A stretch of 64,000 nt of DNA from Euprymna scolopes (Eukaryota), in assembly GCA_053919585.1 (NCBI GenBank), contig CM132808.1. The stretch is one strand, 5' to 3'. Both the position numbers and the translations under genes were made by a program. The notes beneath the pieces were generated by a model that was given only the letters and a program-made list of their open reading frames with translations, was not told where the DNA came from and ran no database searches. This document shows positions 1-12,769 of this stretch, one piece after another. Numbering within the stretch: the first letter of the stretch is position 1; every line of letters begins with the position of its first letter.

Positions 1-78
1 GGGTGAGAGAGAAATAAAGGGTGAGAGAGAAATAAAGGGTGAGAGAGAAATAAAGGGTGAGAGAGAGAAGAGAAATAA
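1..78. repeat. 18-bp purine-rich tandem repeat (gggtgagagagaaataaa)n, truncated by the window start
   Basis: About 4 units visible directly at the start of the window. Confidence 0.85.
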
Positions 79-767
79 AGGAAGGGAGAGGACAAAAAGA
101 AAGGGAGGAGAGATGGAAGAGGAAATGGGGTGGAAGAGAGAACGCTTTAAATACACTAACAACAAGAAACGGAGATTAATTATCGATATGATAATAAACA
201 TAATAATAATTAAGATGATGATAATGATAAAAAAAAAACTTGGAGGTGGAGGGGGGGGGGGCTATTTTCATTTCGGATAGCTGCGTGGCAATGGGCGAGA
301 ATAGCGGACTGCTGACCGCGCCGGTTTTACTCAAAGACCCTCACAAGCCGTATTTATAACTGTAGCAGATGATTAGTCACTAGTGGCGTGTTGGTTTGGT
401 GCTGACTAAGTCGGCATGTGGAGCGGCGTGGGGAAAAGGCTCCTTAAAGGCTCCTACGCCCTACTCACGTCGAATCCTACAGAATCAACCTCACATCCCT
501 AACAATCTAAGACGTATTTATTAAAAAAAAAAATGTTTAGAGGAAGAATCTATTTTTGTGGAACTCCGTTCAGTCATTCTGTATTTACCCCCCCCCCTCT
601 ACAAGAGGGCAGAGTTAAGTCGGTTTTCAATGTTGGAAAATCCACCCCACACCCACCCACCTCTGGAAAAAGCGGAGGGTAGCATGTTGGATTAGAGGAA
701 AAATAAAATTTTCTCCGTCTAGAAGGATTTATCCACTCCCGGACCGACTACATAAAAATTTCATTTG

Positions 768-799
<32 letters not shown>

Positions 800-1299
800 T
801 GTGACTATTTTGTAAAATTTGCCGACAAATATACGCAAAAAAAAAAAAAAAAAAAAAACACGAGCAGAGCTTTTTTTTTTTCGCAGAACTGTAAAATACA
901 ATACCGCAGAGCTACTCCTCAGTTGACTATAACATGGTTGTTTTCAAGTCCAACGTAATCAAGTTCTTGGTGAGCCGTCAACTCAAATAAATTAACCCCT
1001 ATTCCATTTCTAGCATTACCGATCACAACAACGTGGTTTCACTTGACAATCATTAACCTTCATTCTCGAGTGGCCTCCGAGCTTTGATAAGTGAGGACTA
1101 CAATATAAGCAACTGTTTATAAATTAGGCATAAGGCCCTAAAAAATGTGGGTAGTCTGAGGGGGAGATCGTTACGTTGGTAATGTCCTGTCTATCAAACT
1201 ATAAACTTAACACATACAGATACTACATTTTAATTATCGCCCGAAGCGAAGCGATGTCATCCAGTGCATCTCCCTCCGGATTTTAAAACTTATTTAACA

Positions 1300-1335
1300 C
1301 TAGCTGTCCCGAACCGGCGTTACCCAGGGGTCACT
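1300..1335 (-). mobile_element. 3' end of a non-autonomous Helitron-like element (5' extent not resolved)
   Basis: + strand actagctgtcccgaaccggcgttacccagggg is the reverse of the ccgggcaacgccgg...ctagt terminus shared by the other Helitron-like copies. Confidence 0.55.
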
Positions 1336-2202
1336 TTTGTTTAACTCATTTTCTGTTGTATCTTTTAAAATGTTATTGTTCCAACCCCATGATTTTTCAA
1401 TCGAATTATATAATTAAATTAAAAAAAAAATCAAACAAAACACTAGCGAAACATCATTTTCGCACGATTGATGATATTCATTAGATATGTTTCTATCAGT
1501 ATTTTGTTTAATTTTCGATTGTTAAGCAATTATCGAGGCTCGACTATAACGAATGAGACCACCATTTTGTTTTTAGTTCTAACTCGACAGGCTTTACATT
1601 ACCTTTATTTTTAACTTAAAAACACTTTAAAATAAATTAAAACACAAAAACCTTATCTAGGTAGGTAGAGTAGTAATTCATCTTGCCTTTGGTAACATTT
1701 ATTTGTTGTGTCTTCATTTTTCACCCCCTTTTGTTTTGTTGGTTATTCTGATAAAAAAAAAAATCACCAAATTTTAATTTTCATTCTTAATTCAGAGTGA
1801 TTTTTTACCTTACATTTAAAAAGAATGACCTCATGGGGAGGTATGTAAACATGAACAGCTGTCTCGCATATTGGTATGGACATCCTTATTCCCCATAGAC
1901 GATTTTTTGTCCCTATTTAATTGACTCCTCATGAGAGAAGAATCGAAGATCTGGAAAAGATCGGGTTTTTTTATATGAAAGATATTCAATTCCATAAGGT
2001 CCCTTCTGAATGTGACAAAAATTTAAATTTCCCCAATCGAGAATGATTTTTTTTTCTTTTTTTTGTCGATCGGTCGCCATTATGTTTAAAGTAAATTTTG
2101 ATTTCCGGCTATCATATTGCTTAAAATTTAGGCTGTTCTTCTTAGGCTAATGAGACTTCTCCCAACTTTCGGTTTCTGGAGAAATCTTATGACAACGTGT
2201 TA

Positions 2203-2339
2203 NNNNNNNNNNNNNNNNNNNNNNNNNNNNNNNNNNNNNNNNNNNNNNNNNNNNNNNNNNNNNNNNNNNNNNNNNNNNNNNNNNNNNNNNNNNNNNNNNN
2301 NNNNNNNNNNNNNNNNNNNNNNNNNNNNNNNNNNNNNNN
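2203..2339. other. Assembly gap (137 N)
   Basis: Run of N. Confidence 1.
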
Positions 2340-2924
2340 CACCCATCAAATGTTACGTCAGTCTTTCACGCTTCCAGTTAAATAGCATTTTCACCGCTAA
2401 ATTTTATTTACAACAAAAGATTCATTCCCGTTTTTAATTTTTTCAGAATAGTAAAATAAAAATTGTAAATAAATTTTTATGTAATTTCCCCACGAAAGCA
2501 AAATGTGACAACAGATACTACACTTGTGGTCTTATACATTTAAGTTATTGTGCATGACTGTCTTCTTAGCCCGAATGCCAGATACTTTTTGTACCAGTTT
2601 AACTTTGGATGTTGTGTGTGTGTGTAATGAATTTCAAAGTTAGGCCTTTATCAAAAACAATTCCCGTTTTTTTTTTTTTCTCTTTTGAAATCGATTTATT
2701 ATAAAGTTTCTGTATACATATCATACACTTATTCGCCTCAAACAAGGTATATTGACACCTAGACGTAAGGGGCTAATATTACCCTCTCAACCCTTTCTAA
2801 AAAAATACACCGTCCGTTACATTCCGGTTTGTTTAGAACAGAAAACAACCAGGTCGATCTCTAAATGGGAGTGGAACTTAAATATAGTGGTATATTGTGA
2901 GTGGCTGGGGAGTTGGAAAACGAG

Positions 2925-3272
2925 ATGTTTGTTCGTAGAACATTTAAATTTCAACATGTTAGTACAGTCAGGCAAGCAGAAAGCAGAGTATAGCAGTCTG
3001 GAGGAAGAAACTATCAGAGTATACAACGTTTCGGCATCCAGAGACCCCTACAGTGAAGGGGTTCGATTTTGCTACTTACCTGATGTTTACGTCGAGCATA
3101 TACAAGTGCTACAAGTTCTTCCGATCGCATTTCATTAAAGTAGTGATAAAACATGCATATAACTGTGAGGCAATGGTTGCGCAATCTCCAACCACACCTC
3201 TCCTGAATCGGTATTGCTTGAGTCCAGTGACAAAGAGAGTCTTAAGACTGACTGCCAAGATAAGCGGAGAGC
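2925..3272 (-). mobile_element. Degraded 3' fragment of a CR1/L2/Jockey-group LINE (ORF2 C-terminus)
   Basis: Minus-strand CLPDCTNMLKFKCSTNKH matches CFSNCTDMQKFKCNVKKY of the better-preserved copy at 46120-46750; frameshifted. Confidence 0.75.
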
Positions 3273-3388
3273 ACATACAGCACCTCTAATTCCCAAATGG
3301 TCACCTATTTTAGTATTGACCAGGCTCAACGTTGCTTAACTTCGATGATCTGACGGAAACTAGTGTGTCAACGTGATTTTGCAGTATA
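3273..3388 (-). pseudogene. 5S rRNA pseudogene / 5S-derived retrocopy
   Basis: Reverse complement follows the metazoan 5S consensus over about 115 nt (atcacgttgacacactagtttccgtcagatcatcgaagttaagcaacgttgagcctggtcaatactaaaataggtgaccatttgggaa...gtgctgta), with many CpG->TpG/CpA changes. Confidence 0.9.
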
Positions 3389-3631
3389 GTTTAGTTGATA
3401 ATCTATTAGATTGGAGACCATTTTTTTTAGATCCTTTCTAAGAAGAGTGACTAATGTTAAATACAAATGTGGCAACAATACTCCATGCATGGTGACGTTA
3501 ATTATCTAAAAATAAATAAATACAAACGTGTTAGATTTAAAGTTGTGTAATTTTACAACATATTTTTTTAAATACCAAAACGTGTTTGATATATAATTAA
3601 TTTTACAAATTAATTTTTGTATAGATTTTTG

Positions 3632-3743
3632 ATAGAGTACCTGCTCTTCCCAACTGGTCACCAGAGTAATACTGACCAGGTTCAACATAGCTTAACTTCA
3701 ATAATCTATCGAGAACCCGTATGTCAACGTGATTATGACTGTA
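3632..3743 (-). pseudogene. 5S rRNA pseudogene (more decayed)
   Basis: Same 5S layout on the minus strand (cacgttgacatacgggttctcgatagattattgaagttaagctatgttgaacctggtcagtattactctggtgaccagttgggaa). Confidence 0.8.
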
Positions 3744-4377
3744 TTTAATATTTAGATGTAGTATGCAACGATTGACCATGAACAAACTGACGCAGTTCAA
3801 AATCTGCCGAGGAAGATATGAGCAGTCAGTTTTCAGTAAAACGTTTTACTAATATTTGAAACCGTTATACAAAAATCACATATCCGAAAATCGGTACTCG
3901 CGGGAAAATTCAAAGATTCCCCGGATAAGTTCTCTGGATCACTTCCGATGAAACTTCTCGGTATCACTTCCGGAAAGGAGTGTATCAAGTTTGGGTGACA
4001 GGGTGAAGTGGCTTTTCATAAACGCAACACGATTCGTGTTGAAAACATTGAAAAAGTAACGCTTTTAAACCGCCATCACTGATCGACGTTAACATGTGTT
4101 AATGTCTCAACTTAAAAATAAATAAATAAATAAAAATAACACTTCAGTAACGAAAACAAATTTTTAAAAAAATAATAAATTCAAACAATTTGTCAAATTT
4201 TATGTACTTTTCAAATATCACCTGACTCATTAAGCCTAAAAAAAAAAAAAAAAAAATGGTGATATGCCGTAAAAGAGACTGGCCAAACCCGATGAAGTAA
4301 ATGATGAGTAAAACAAACCATTGCTAGAAAAACATGGCTCGATTCTTAGTGATGAGAAACTTGAAAATATATAATGA

Positions 4378-4700
4378 TTGGTTTGGCTGTTTTGTTTTAC
4401 GGCACATCAACCCTTTTGGAGTTATTTAATGCCAAACCAAATCATTTTTGGAAACGTTTTTATGCTTTGACTTTTTTCTATGTTCAAATATTTATCCATC
4501 GTGTTTGGTTTGGTTGTTTTGTATTGGAAAATTATTTTTGTTTTTGAGTTTGCAGAACATGACTGAGTTTTGCAAAGGGAAAGGAAAGGTACAAAACAAT
4601 AACATCAACGTCTGGTGCATTTTAGGTCAGGAAGCCAGTGTATTCAGACAGCCTGGTCTGGTAGCATCATATACTAATAAAATGGAATTCGCTTATTATA
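4378..4700 (-). mobile_element. Dispersed retroposon-like repeat ending ...tgccgtaaaacaaaacagccaaaccaa; paralogues at ~31130-31505 (+) and ~41925-42600 (-)
   Basis: Three recognisable copies in the window; the 3' tail is shared with the (CAAC)n-tailed family. Confidence 0.65.
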
Positions 4701-5291
4701 ATCAAATATATTATCAATCAATGCATTTATTGGTGTCAACCATGATTGTTTCAACGTCAGAATCAATTTGTCAAAATAGAAAGTTGTGAACAATTGTAGT
4801 TCTTGTCTGTTTACGAACTATTCCTAGGGTTTTGTGGGTAGATCCCCCCCTAACCACCTATGTTCTGAAACTACATAAAACAGAATAATTGGAAAAATAT
4901 ATTTCATTTTGATCAAAGGAAAATTTCAAGGAAATACGATATTTTATTTCATTTCCAACTGAAAGATATGAACATTAAAATGTAATAGAAATGCACGATG
5001 GTCCCCGTTGATTCATAGGAAACGTCGGGTGTGCCTTCAGGGATTGCCTTTAACTTCACCCTTCTGTATATATCATGACGATAGCTACGATATATTTACT
5101 TAGTAGGAAGACGTAATCAAATTATGACCAATGGCCACTATTAATGTTTTATGTTCACGCCCTGGTCTCTTTGGCGGATTTTAAGAACTTGGCTATTCGT
5201 GGCGAAAACTAAGCACACGAAACTTCCGGAAAGCTTCCTTTCTATGTAGAACTCCACTTTTACCTTAAACGGGAGATCACTGAGATGGGAT

Positions 5292-5640
5292 GGTGACGGA
5301 GGCTAAGTGGTTAACGACATGGACTGAAAACCTGCGTGTGCCAAGGTCGAATCCACTTCGTTCCACAGAAACACTTTCGTCAAACCCACACTGGACATTG
5401 TATCTAACTGGAAAGGAATTAAATAAAATAAAGAGATGGAGAGTGATTGTTGTATCCACGTGCAAAGCATACACACTGTCAAGCCTGACATTATGCCCTC
5501 GCAGGGAGGAGGGTGACTAACAATGCTCATAATTGAAGTGTCGGAGTTTATCAACTAAGAGATTTATTTTAAGTTGTCCTAACTAGGGCCCAAACAAAAA
5601 GGGCGCATATCTTCCGGCAGGGATTAATAATAATAATAAA
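5292..5640 (+). mobile_element. tRNA-derived SINE-like element
   Basis: A-box-like aggctaagtgg (5300-5310), B-box-like aggtcgaatcc (5344-5354), a body, and an (aat)n tail at ~5626-5640. Confidence 0.55.
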
Positions 5641-6018
5641 CGGTTAAATAATGAAAGCGTTTTTCGTTATAATCACTACGGGAATATTACTTGTTGGTTC
5701 ATATAACATATAATATTGGGGGTTGATAAAGCTTTATAACAATAAATAAAACGCGTAAAGACATTTATTACTGATTTTACACAACGTTCGTAATAAAGAA
5801 CGATTGAAATTATATGAAAGATCCCAGGAGAGCAACAATAACCATAGAGTAAGTGTAAAGTACGGCAGATCAGAACAACATCGGTTTCAATTCAAAACAA
5901 AGTGGGCCAATATGCCGTTGCCTATATCAGATACTGAAAAGACAACCAGATATTGGTCACCTTAGTCTGGATTTGAAACCGAGGATACTGGTGTTTTTCC
6001 GATGTTCTCTAACACACA

Positions 6019-6056
<38 letters not shown>

Positions 6057-6534
6057 GGAATTGAAAGAGGCTGAGTTAGTGAAAGCAGGCGAATGAAAGG
6101 CAGAATGAAAATCGACCTAAACGGCTACCGAGCGTAGCAACCAACGCACGCTTTTCATAAAAGGACAAAACTGGTTTCTAGCATTTCAGGGGAAGACAAG
6201 TGCGCTTAACACAATGGTCAGTCTCGTCAAGCAACAGTTTGCCCCCCCCCCTCTAGACACACATGTGTTCGCTTTATCTATTATAATTAATGGCATTCTG
6301 TTGAATTTGGTTCAGCTTCTAAGTCTATGTTGGAAATGGTTTCTGCTTGACAGATTGTATTATTTTATTACATACGCACACATGCAATTGTTAAAAAATA
6401 AATAATTGAAAATAGTTAATAAATAAATAAATAAATAAAATGTATTAAATAAAATTTAGGTTTAAGATGTTATTGAAAAGAAAATGATTCTGTGCAAAAA
6501 CAAAACGATGCAGTATGCACCTTCGCCGCTTTAG

Positions 6535-6536
6535 CT

Positions 6537-6571
<35 letters not shown>

Positions 6572-6754
6572 AACGCATTCTCTTCTTTACATACACACAC
6601 TCTCTTTCTCTCTCTCATATATACATATATATATACACACACATACACACACACATATACAAGAAACATTAAGAGGAGGAGGGGAGTCACTAGACGAAAC
6701 AAAAATGAAAGTAAAAATACTCCTGGGCTTGGTTGGTACAACTAAGTATGTAAA

Positions 6755-6834
<80 letters not shown>
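6535..6834. repeat. Compound (CT)n/(CA)n/(TA)n microsatellite cluster
   Basis: Directly visible; the source of the spurious HTHT/CVCV ORFs. Confidence 0.95.
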
Positions 6835-6836
<2 letters not shown>

Positions 6837-8165
6837 TTTAAAACTGTTATTGTATATTTTCTGGTTTGTTCTTAGATTTAAAAGAAAATAAAAGTTCTGT
6901 TGAACGGACGCATGCATCAGCAAACGCACACGTTGAAAAGTAGAAATATTTTTTTCCTCCTCTTTACGCCGAAGAAAATATCAAAAGAACGAGAAACAGC
7001 AAAGTTAATTAACAAAAGTAATTCTCTGGTCTTCGGGTTTGGATCAACGTGTAATATCTGGTTTCAATATATATATTTTTTTTTTCAAATTAGTGTTTAT
7101 CTTAAGTAGGAGTGAATGCGATAGTAGTAGGATAGACAATTTTAAGCATTGGAAACCAAGGATGACCAATGACACCCATTATCCCCGCACTTTTGAATGT
7201 CCGTGTGCCTAATTTGTTTAACTTTTTTTTTTTTTTCAAATAAATATTTCAAAGTGTAGTAGCCTTTCTGTTCTCAGTCAGATGAGGAGAAATACCCCCT
7301 CCCTTCCGTAGACTGGCGCAAAATGATTACTATTTCCTACCCCCAAATCCAGACATCTCTCTCTCTCTCATTAAAAAAAAAAAATATCGACGGATAGTCC
7401 AAGTTTGCCCTCGTGGGGGCAAGGAAAGTAGATAATAAAGAGAACGATTGTTTCGACAGAAAAGAAAAGAGAAATAAAAAAACAAAAAAAAACATGAAAA
7501 AGAAAGAAAGGGAACTGGTTACAGTCAGAGAGAAAGACGAAGAAGAGAAAAAGGGGGTATAACTTTTCAGTTTACTCCCTTCCCTTCATCAGCAGTTGCA
7601 TGTTTCGAAAAGGAAAAGAAGAATTTATTTCAGGTGCCACAATCACAACGCCACAACGGTTATACATGTTACCAGAGAGAATGACAGCAAAACTAACCCT
7701 TCCCCTCATTTTCGGGGAAACTCCAAGAACGGGTGGGAAATCATTCCGATATCGGTAGAATCGAACACAGATACTCTATTAGAATAATAAAGAAACAAGT
7801 GCGTTACGCAAAACAATTAGACCACTTGACCGTTTTACGTCCAAAGCGGCAAAGTCAGATAAAAACCTAACACGGACTGACATGTTATGTCCTTGTTATT
7901 CAGCATTCCTAGTAGCTTTCCACATCAGAAATGTTTATTTTGAACAGAACCGACACATGCGCACGCGCTACTATAATCTTCCTTCGTCCCACATCAAGAT
8001 AAAAAAAAAATTAGATAGTTTGTAAAAATGTATGAAGAAAAATTCGATTGAAAATATCTTTCCTCGCGATTGTTTGCGAGGAGGGGAAAGAGAGGAGAAG
8101 GGGGGAGAGATAGTACTGCAATAAGAGAGAGGGGGCGGGGGGAGACGTGTGTGTACTGCAACAAG

Positions 8166-8196
<31 letters not shown>

Positions 8197-8389
8197 ATGT
8201 GTGAGTGGTGTGTGTGTACTGTACTACAATAAGATAGAGGGGCACGTGTTTTCTGCTACATAGAAGATAGAAAGATAGAGATCGGTAGGGGGATATGGGT
8301 GTAGGGACACGTGTGTATTAGGGGAAGACGAGAGAGTGAGAGTAAATTAATTTGGGTCGGACGGTATGCCTATCTCGATACGACCGTCG

Positions 8390-8434
<45 letters not shown>

Positions 8435-10176
8435 GGCCCGTATCCTAAACGCACACGCACACACAAATAATTTCAGTAGCAACAACTGTATCGATCCGAA
8501 AGCAAAAAAGAAAGACTAAACAATCAGAGAAAGAAAAACAAAAGCAAAACTGAGGAGGCGTTGCTTTTCTTTTTCTTTCCTGAGCCCGCATTTTGCGTAT
8601 TTTGATAGAAAAAAAAAAACAAAAAAAACAAACATATCCATATAGGACCTTTTTACTTCTTAAAAAGGTGAGATCATCTATAATCATACCCTCCACCCCA
8701 AAACAGCACTCTCCCCATCTTTTTTTTTTGTTTTTTTTTTTGTTTTTTGAATATGCATGGTTATTATACATACAACGTGTGTGTACACACACACACACAT
8801 ATATATATATGAGAGAGAAGGAGATATAGGAGTAGTTTTCAATGTTGGTTGAAATCAACATTAATAATAAACAAGTGTTGCTTGCAATTAACAACAGTAA
8901 TCTTATTGTACTAATCTAAAACGTATATAACAAAATATACCTGTCAAACTAATCGCTGACGCTACATCCATATAAATAATAAAAAAAATAGAACCATATA
9001 AATTACGATATGTCGTCAATGTATATTTAAACAGGTACTTACCTCTTTCAGCTGATAATTTAGATTTAAAAAAAAAAAAAAAAAAAGAAGATATGTGTGC
9101 TGAATGAGGAAGATTGGATGTCCGGATAGGAGACTTGAGACGAGGATTTCCCCAGGTATAAAAGCTCAAGAACAATCTACAATCATACGGTGTCAGCGGC
9201 GTGATACACTTATATATAGGCGTACGAAGGACGGCTGAGTCCATAATCCGCGACAAGAGGGGTGGGTGACGCCCGAGGATTAACCACCGGCAAGGAAAGG
9301 GGAGGCAGCACAAGATGTACACACAGAGAGGGGGAAAAACAATGCAGATGCTGCCACCCCTGTCAGTTGTACAGAATGGAAGCGAACCCTGACAAATCTC
9401 AACCAATCAGAACTCGCCTTACTTGCCAACCATTCATTCATTCATGGCCGGTCAGAAGGTGGAGGGGAGGGCTACTATTAATACTACGACTAATAGCTCG
9501 AAATTAAAAGTTAACGCTTATCATAAATAATACTAAAATCGATAGTCGGGTATTGATGAACGATGGGGTAGGGAGTGGCGGAGCTGGCAACCGGGTGCGA
9601 AACGTATAACAAAATACATATAATATAAATAAATATTAAATTTCATTTTAGATCAATTAAAAGTTTGCGCTAAAATAGTTGCGTTCCCGTTACACACGCA
9701 TGCGCGCATGTGTGTGTGTGTGTGTGTGTGAGTGTGTATTTATATATGCAGATATGTGTGTACGTATGTGCATGGATACATGTGGACGTAATACCTGCAT
9801 GCGTTTGAATTTATAATTTTTATTTTTTTAGATTTATTTTTAAAATAAAAACAAATGCTTTAATTAAACTATTACGATGATGATGATGATGATGATGATG
9901 GGTGTGACGTGGTAGTGGCAGAGGGATGGGAAGCCGACAAAGCTTGATAAATAATGTAATGACGTTAAAACAATTGACTAAAAAGAAATAGCATTAAAGG
10001 CTTTTTTTTTTTGCCGTCTGCTTAACACGTGGTTGTTGATGAGTTAACCAATGGCGTCGTTCGTTTCTAGGTATGACGCGATGGTCGGGGATGCAACAGC
10101 ACAACAGCAACACCCAAACAGACCCAGACCCACACACCAAAAAAGGGGAGAAAATGCCCCAGGTTCAATCAATGTA

Positions 10177-10234
<58 letters not shown>

Positions 10235-10649
10235 TGTGTGTGTGTGTGTGACTCTCTGCTTTACAACCCCCACCCAGTTTTCTGTGAATGTTGAACAACT
10301 GAAAAGTGTTATTTATTATAAATTTTTCAGATATTTTTTCCAAGTGTGCGCTAAAACAGTTGTGTTACCTTGTGTGTGTGTGTTTATACGTAAATTTATG
10401 AATTATTGTTTTATTTAGCATTAATTTTTTCTTTAATTTTTTTCTTAAGAAAAAACAAAAAAAAAACAAAACAAAATGATTAATTTTATTCTACAACTAC
10501 TACTACTCTTTAGCCGACCAACAAACTTTTTTACCTTACAGGTATAAAACTTGCGTGTCGGTGTTAAAAAAAAAAAAAAGGAAAAAAAAAAAAGATTAAA
10601 ATTTATATTATAGGTCACTATAACAGGGAGGACAAATCTCTCTCCCTCT

Positions 10650-10651
<2 letters not shown>

Positions 10652-10735
<84 letters not shown>
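10652..10735. repeat. (AT)n microsatellite (representative; similar tracts near 10180, 12705, 14580, 18785, 21090, 21855, 62220)
   Basis: Directly visible. Confidence 0.95.
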
Positions 10736-10738
<3 letters not shown>

Positions 10739-11591
10739 TGAGCCGGGGAGTGGTGGTGAGCGTGGTGGGACGAGATCGCTTAAACGACCACCACACTTCT
10801 CTTTCGCTCTCCCCCTCCTCCCCCGTTGTCAGATCTAATCTTCTTTAAGTCTTTCCGACTTATCTTGTCCAACGGCTTTGGCTGTCATTAACAAAATCTG
10901 CCAATAGAGCGGACAGAAAGGAGAACTAAATTGTGATGAAGAAGTCTAAGTAATGCGATACGGGGAATAAGGAGGGGGGAAGCGAGGAGAGTGAGAGTGG
11001 GGAGGCTGGCTGATACACATCCACACTTGGTGCAACTAATGTGTGCCACCTTTGATTCAAACTTCTCATCGCGACCTGCGCCCGTTCCTCGCCCACCAAC
11101 GACTCACCTGGCGATCATTGCTGCATATTTCATCTTCATCTCACCCGTAGGCAGGCCCAACAGCTGATGGACCAAAAACAAAACAATCTCTAACATTCAC
11201 CGATCATCACCCCCCCCCCCACACACACACATACACACGCACGCGAACCACATACATTGATATGTTAGCAACAGGGTTTGGTCATTCTAGCACATATACA
11301 TAGATATCATTTGAGTTCTGTATAACTTCAACAAAGGTTGGGGTTATAGCTCAAAATATGAAACGTAGTAATTTGATAAATGTTATAAACTTGTTAAAAA
11401 CATTTTTTTTTCAAACGATTGTTTCTGCCTATATTCAACACACATTTATTCTTGATAATCAATTTACAATGTTTTGAGAAGACTTCATTTGTGAATTTTT
11501 GTTTTCATGAAATTTAGATAATAATGATAATTGCATTAGGTTATACTTGTTTGTTTGCTTTGTTTAATTTCGAAACTGATTTATATGCAAT

Positions 11592-12528
11592 CAGAGTTGG
11601 TACAAATTTTCAATGTCAATTTTCAAGGGTTTTTTCAAAGTTTTTCAAGGCCTTCTCCAAACAAAAAAAGTTTTCAAACCCAAAATTTAATATGTAAAGA
11701 ATGATATAATAAACAAAAAAAAAAAAAAAACAACTTAATAATCGACAACAGGAAAAGTAATTTTTATTTATCTTTATTTCATGAAATAGTATTAAACGTC
11801 ACACAGTTATTTAAATAACGTTCTCGAACGCGCAATAAAACTAGTAAACTATCTACAGATTTCGTTCGTTTTGTGTTTAGTGTCAGCAATGTGCGATTTC
11901 AAGGCACTTTCACCCATTTTGCTAAAAACAAATATCTTTTTACATACACAACAGTATGCCTGTCGACAATCATATTTACGTTGCCTGACCCACTTATATT
12001 TGACCAACCAAGCGCGATTAAATGCTATTTTCTCCATTATAGATTGGTCTACACTGTGTTTGTTTTATTCTTGAATTTTGAATTACGTCCCTTTATCCCG
12101 AAACTACTCGATGTTATTATATGGAAAACATTAGGTAGTTTCGTAATAAAGGGACGTAACGCTTGTGTCGACAATAACACGATGCAATTTCATAACAATG
12201 TATTTCGATTTTATTTTCAAGATTTAAAAAACATTTTAATGGTATTTCTTTTTATTAATACTTAAAAAAAAACAACCACAACAATTTAATAGTATTTATC
12301 TCGAATTCATTTCTAATATTTCGACGAAAATGTTTGTACTTTTCCAAAGGCCATGACATTCTTTATGTTTAGTAAAAATTTGTGTCGAAATATTAAAAAT
12401 GAAATCGAAATAAATACTATTAAATTGATTTTAATTTTTTCAATGATTTTTCAAGGTAATAATAGAAATAAGGTCTTTTCGATGTAGAAGTCAAAATTTA
12501 GGAACTTTTCAAGCCTGTGCGAACCCTT
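11592..12528 (-). mobile_element. Internally deleted hAT-like DNA transposon retaining an N-terminal BED-like zinc finger
   Basis: ORF 11849-12037(-) FNRAWLVKYKW...AYCCVCKKIFVFSKMGESALKSHIADTKH (CxxC...HxxxxxH) resembles transposase N-termini. Imperfect TIRs cagagttggtaca / tgtgcgaaccctt; subterminal ttttcaag repeats at both ends. Confidence 0.6.
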
Positions 12529-12701
12529 GTAATGTTATTAATTGGGGTCTGCTGGGTTTCAATAGAGATAGTTTATAGTAGTTTTTTTTTTTTTTTAATT
12601 AGAAATATATTATTTTCATCTAAGACTTATGTAATTTTAAATGTTAATAAATTGAGCTAGAGCTTACAAGGGGCATTGTGAGGCATTGAGGCAATCGAAT
12701 A

Positions 12702-12769
<68 letters not shown>

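Noticed and set aside
2150-2437. ORFs spanning the N run
   Set aside because: Artefacts of the assembly gap.
3273-3743. Functional 5S rDNA tandem array
   Set aside because: The copies differ strongly from each other, show CpG decay and have unrelated flanks.
6445-6929. His/Thr- and Cys/Val-rich ORFs
   Set aside because: Translations of (CA)n/(TG)n microsatellites.
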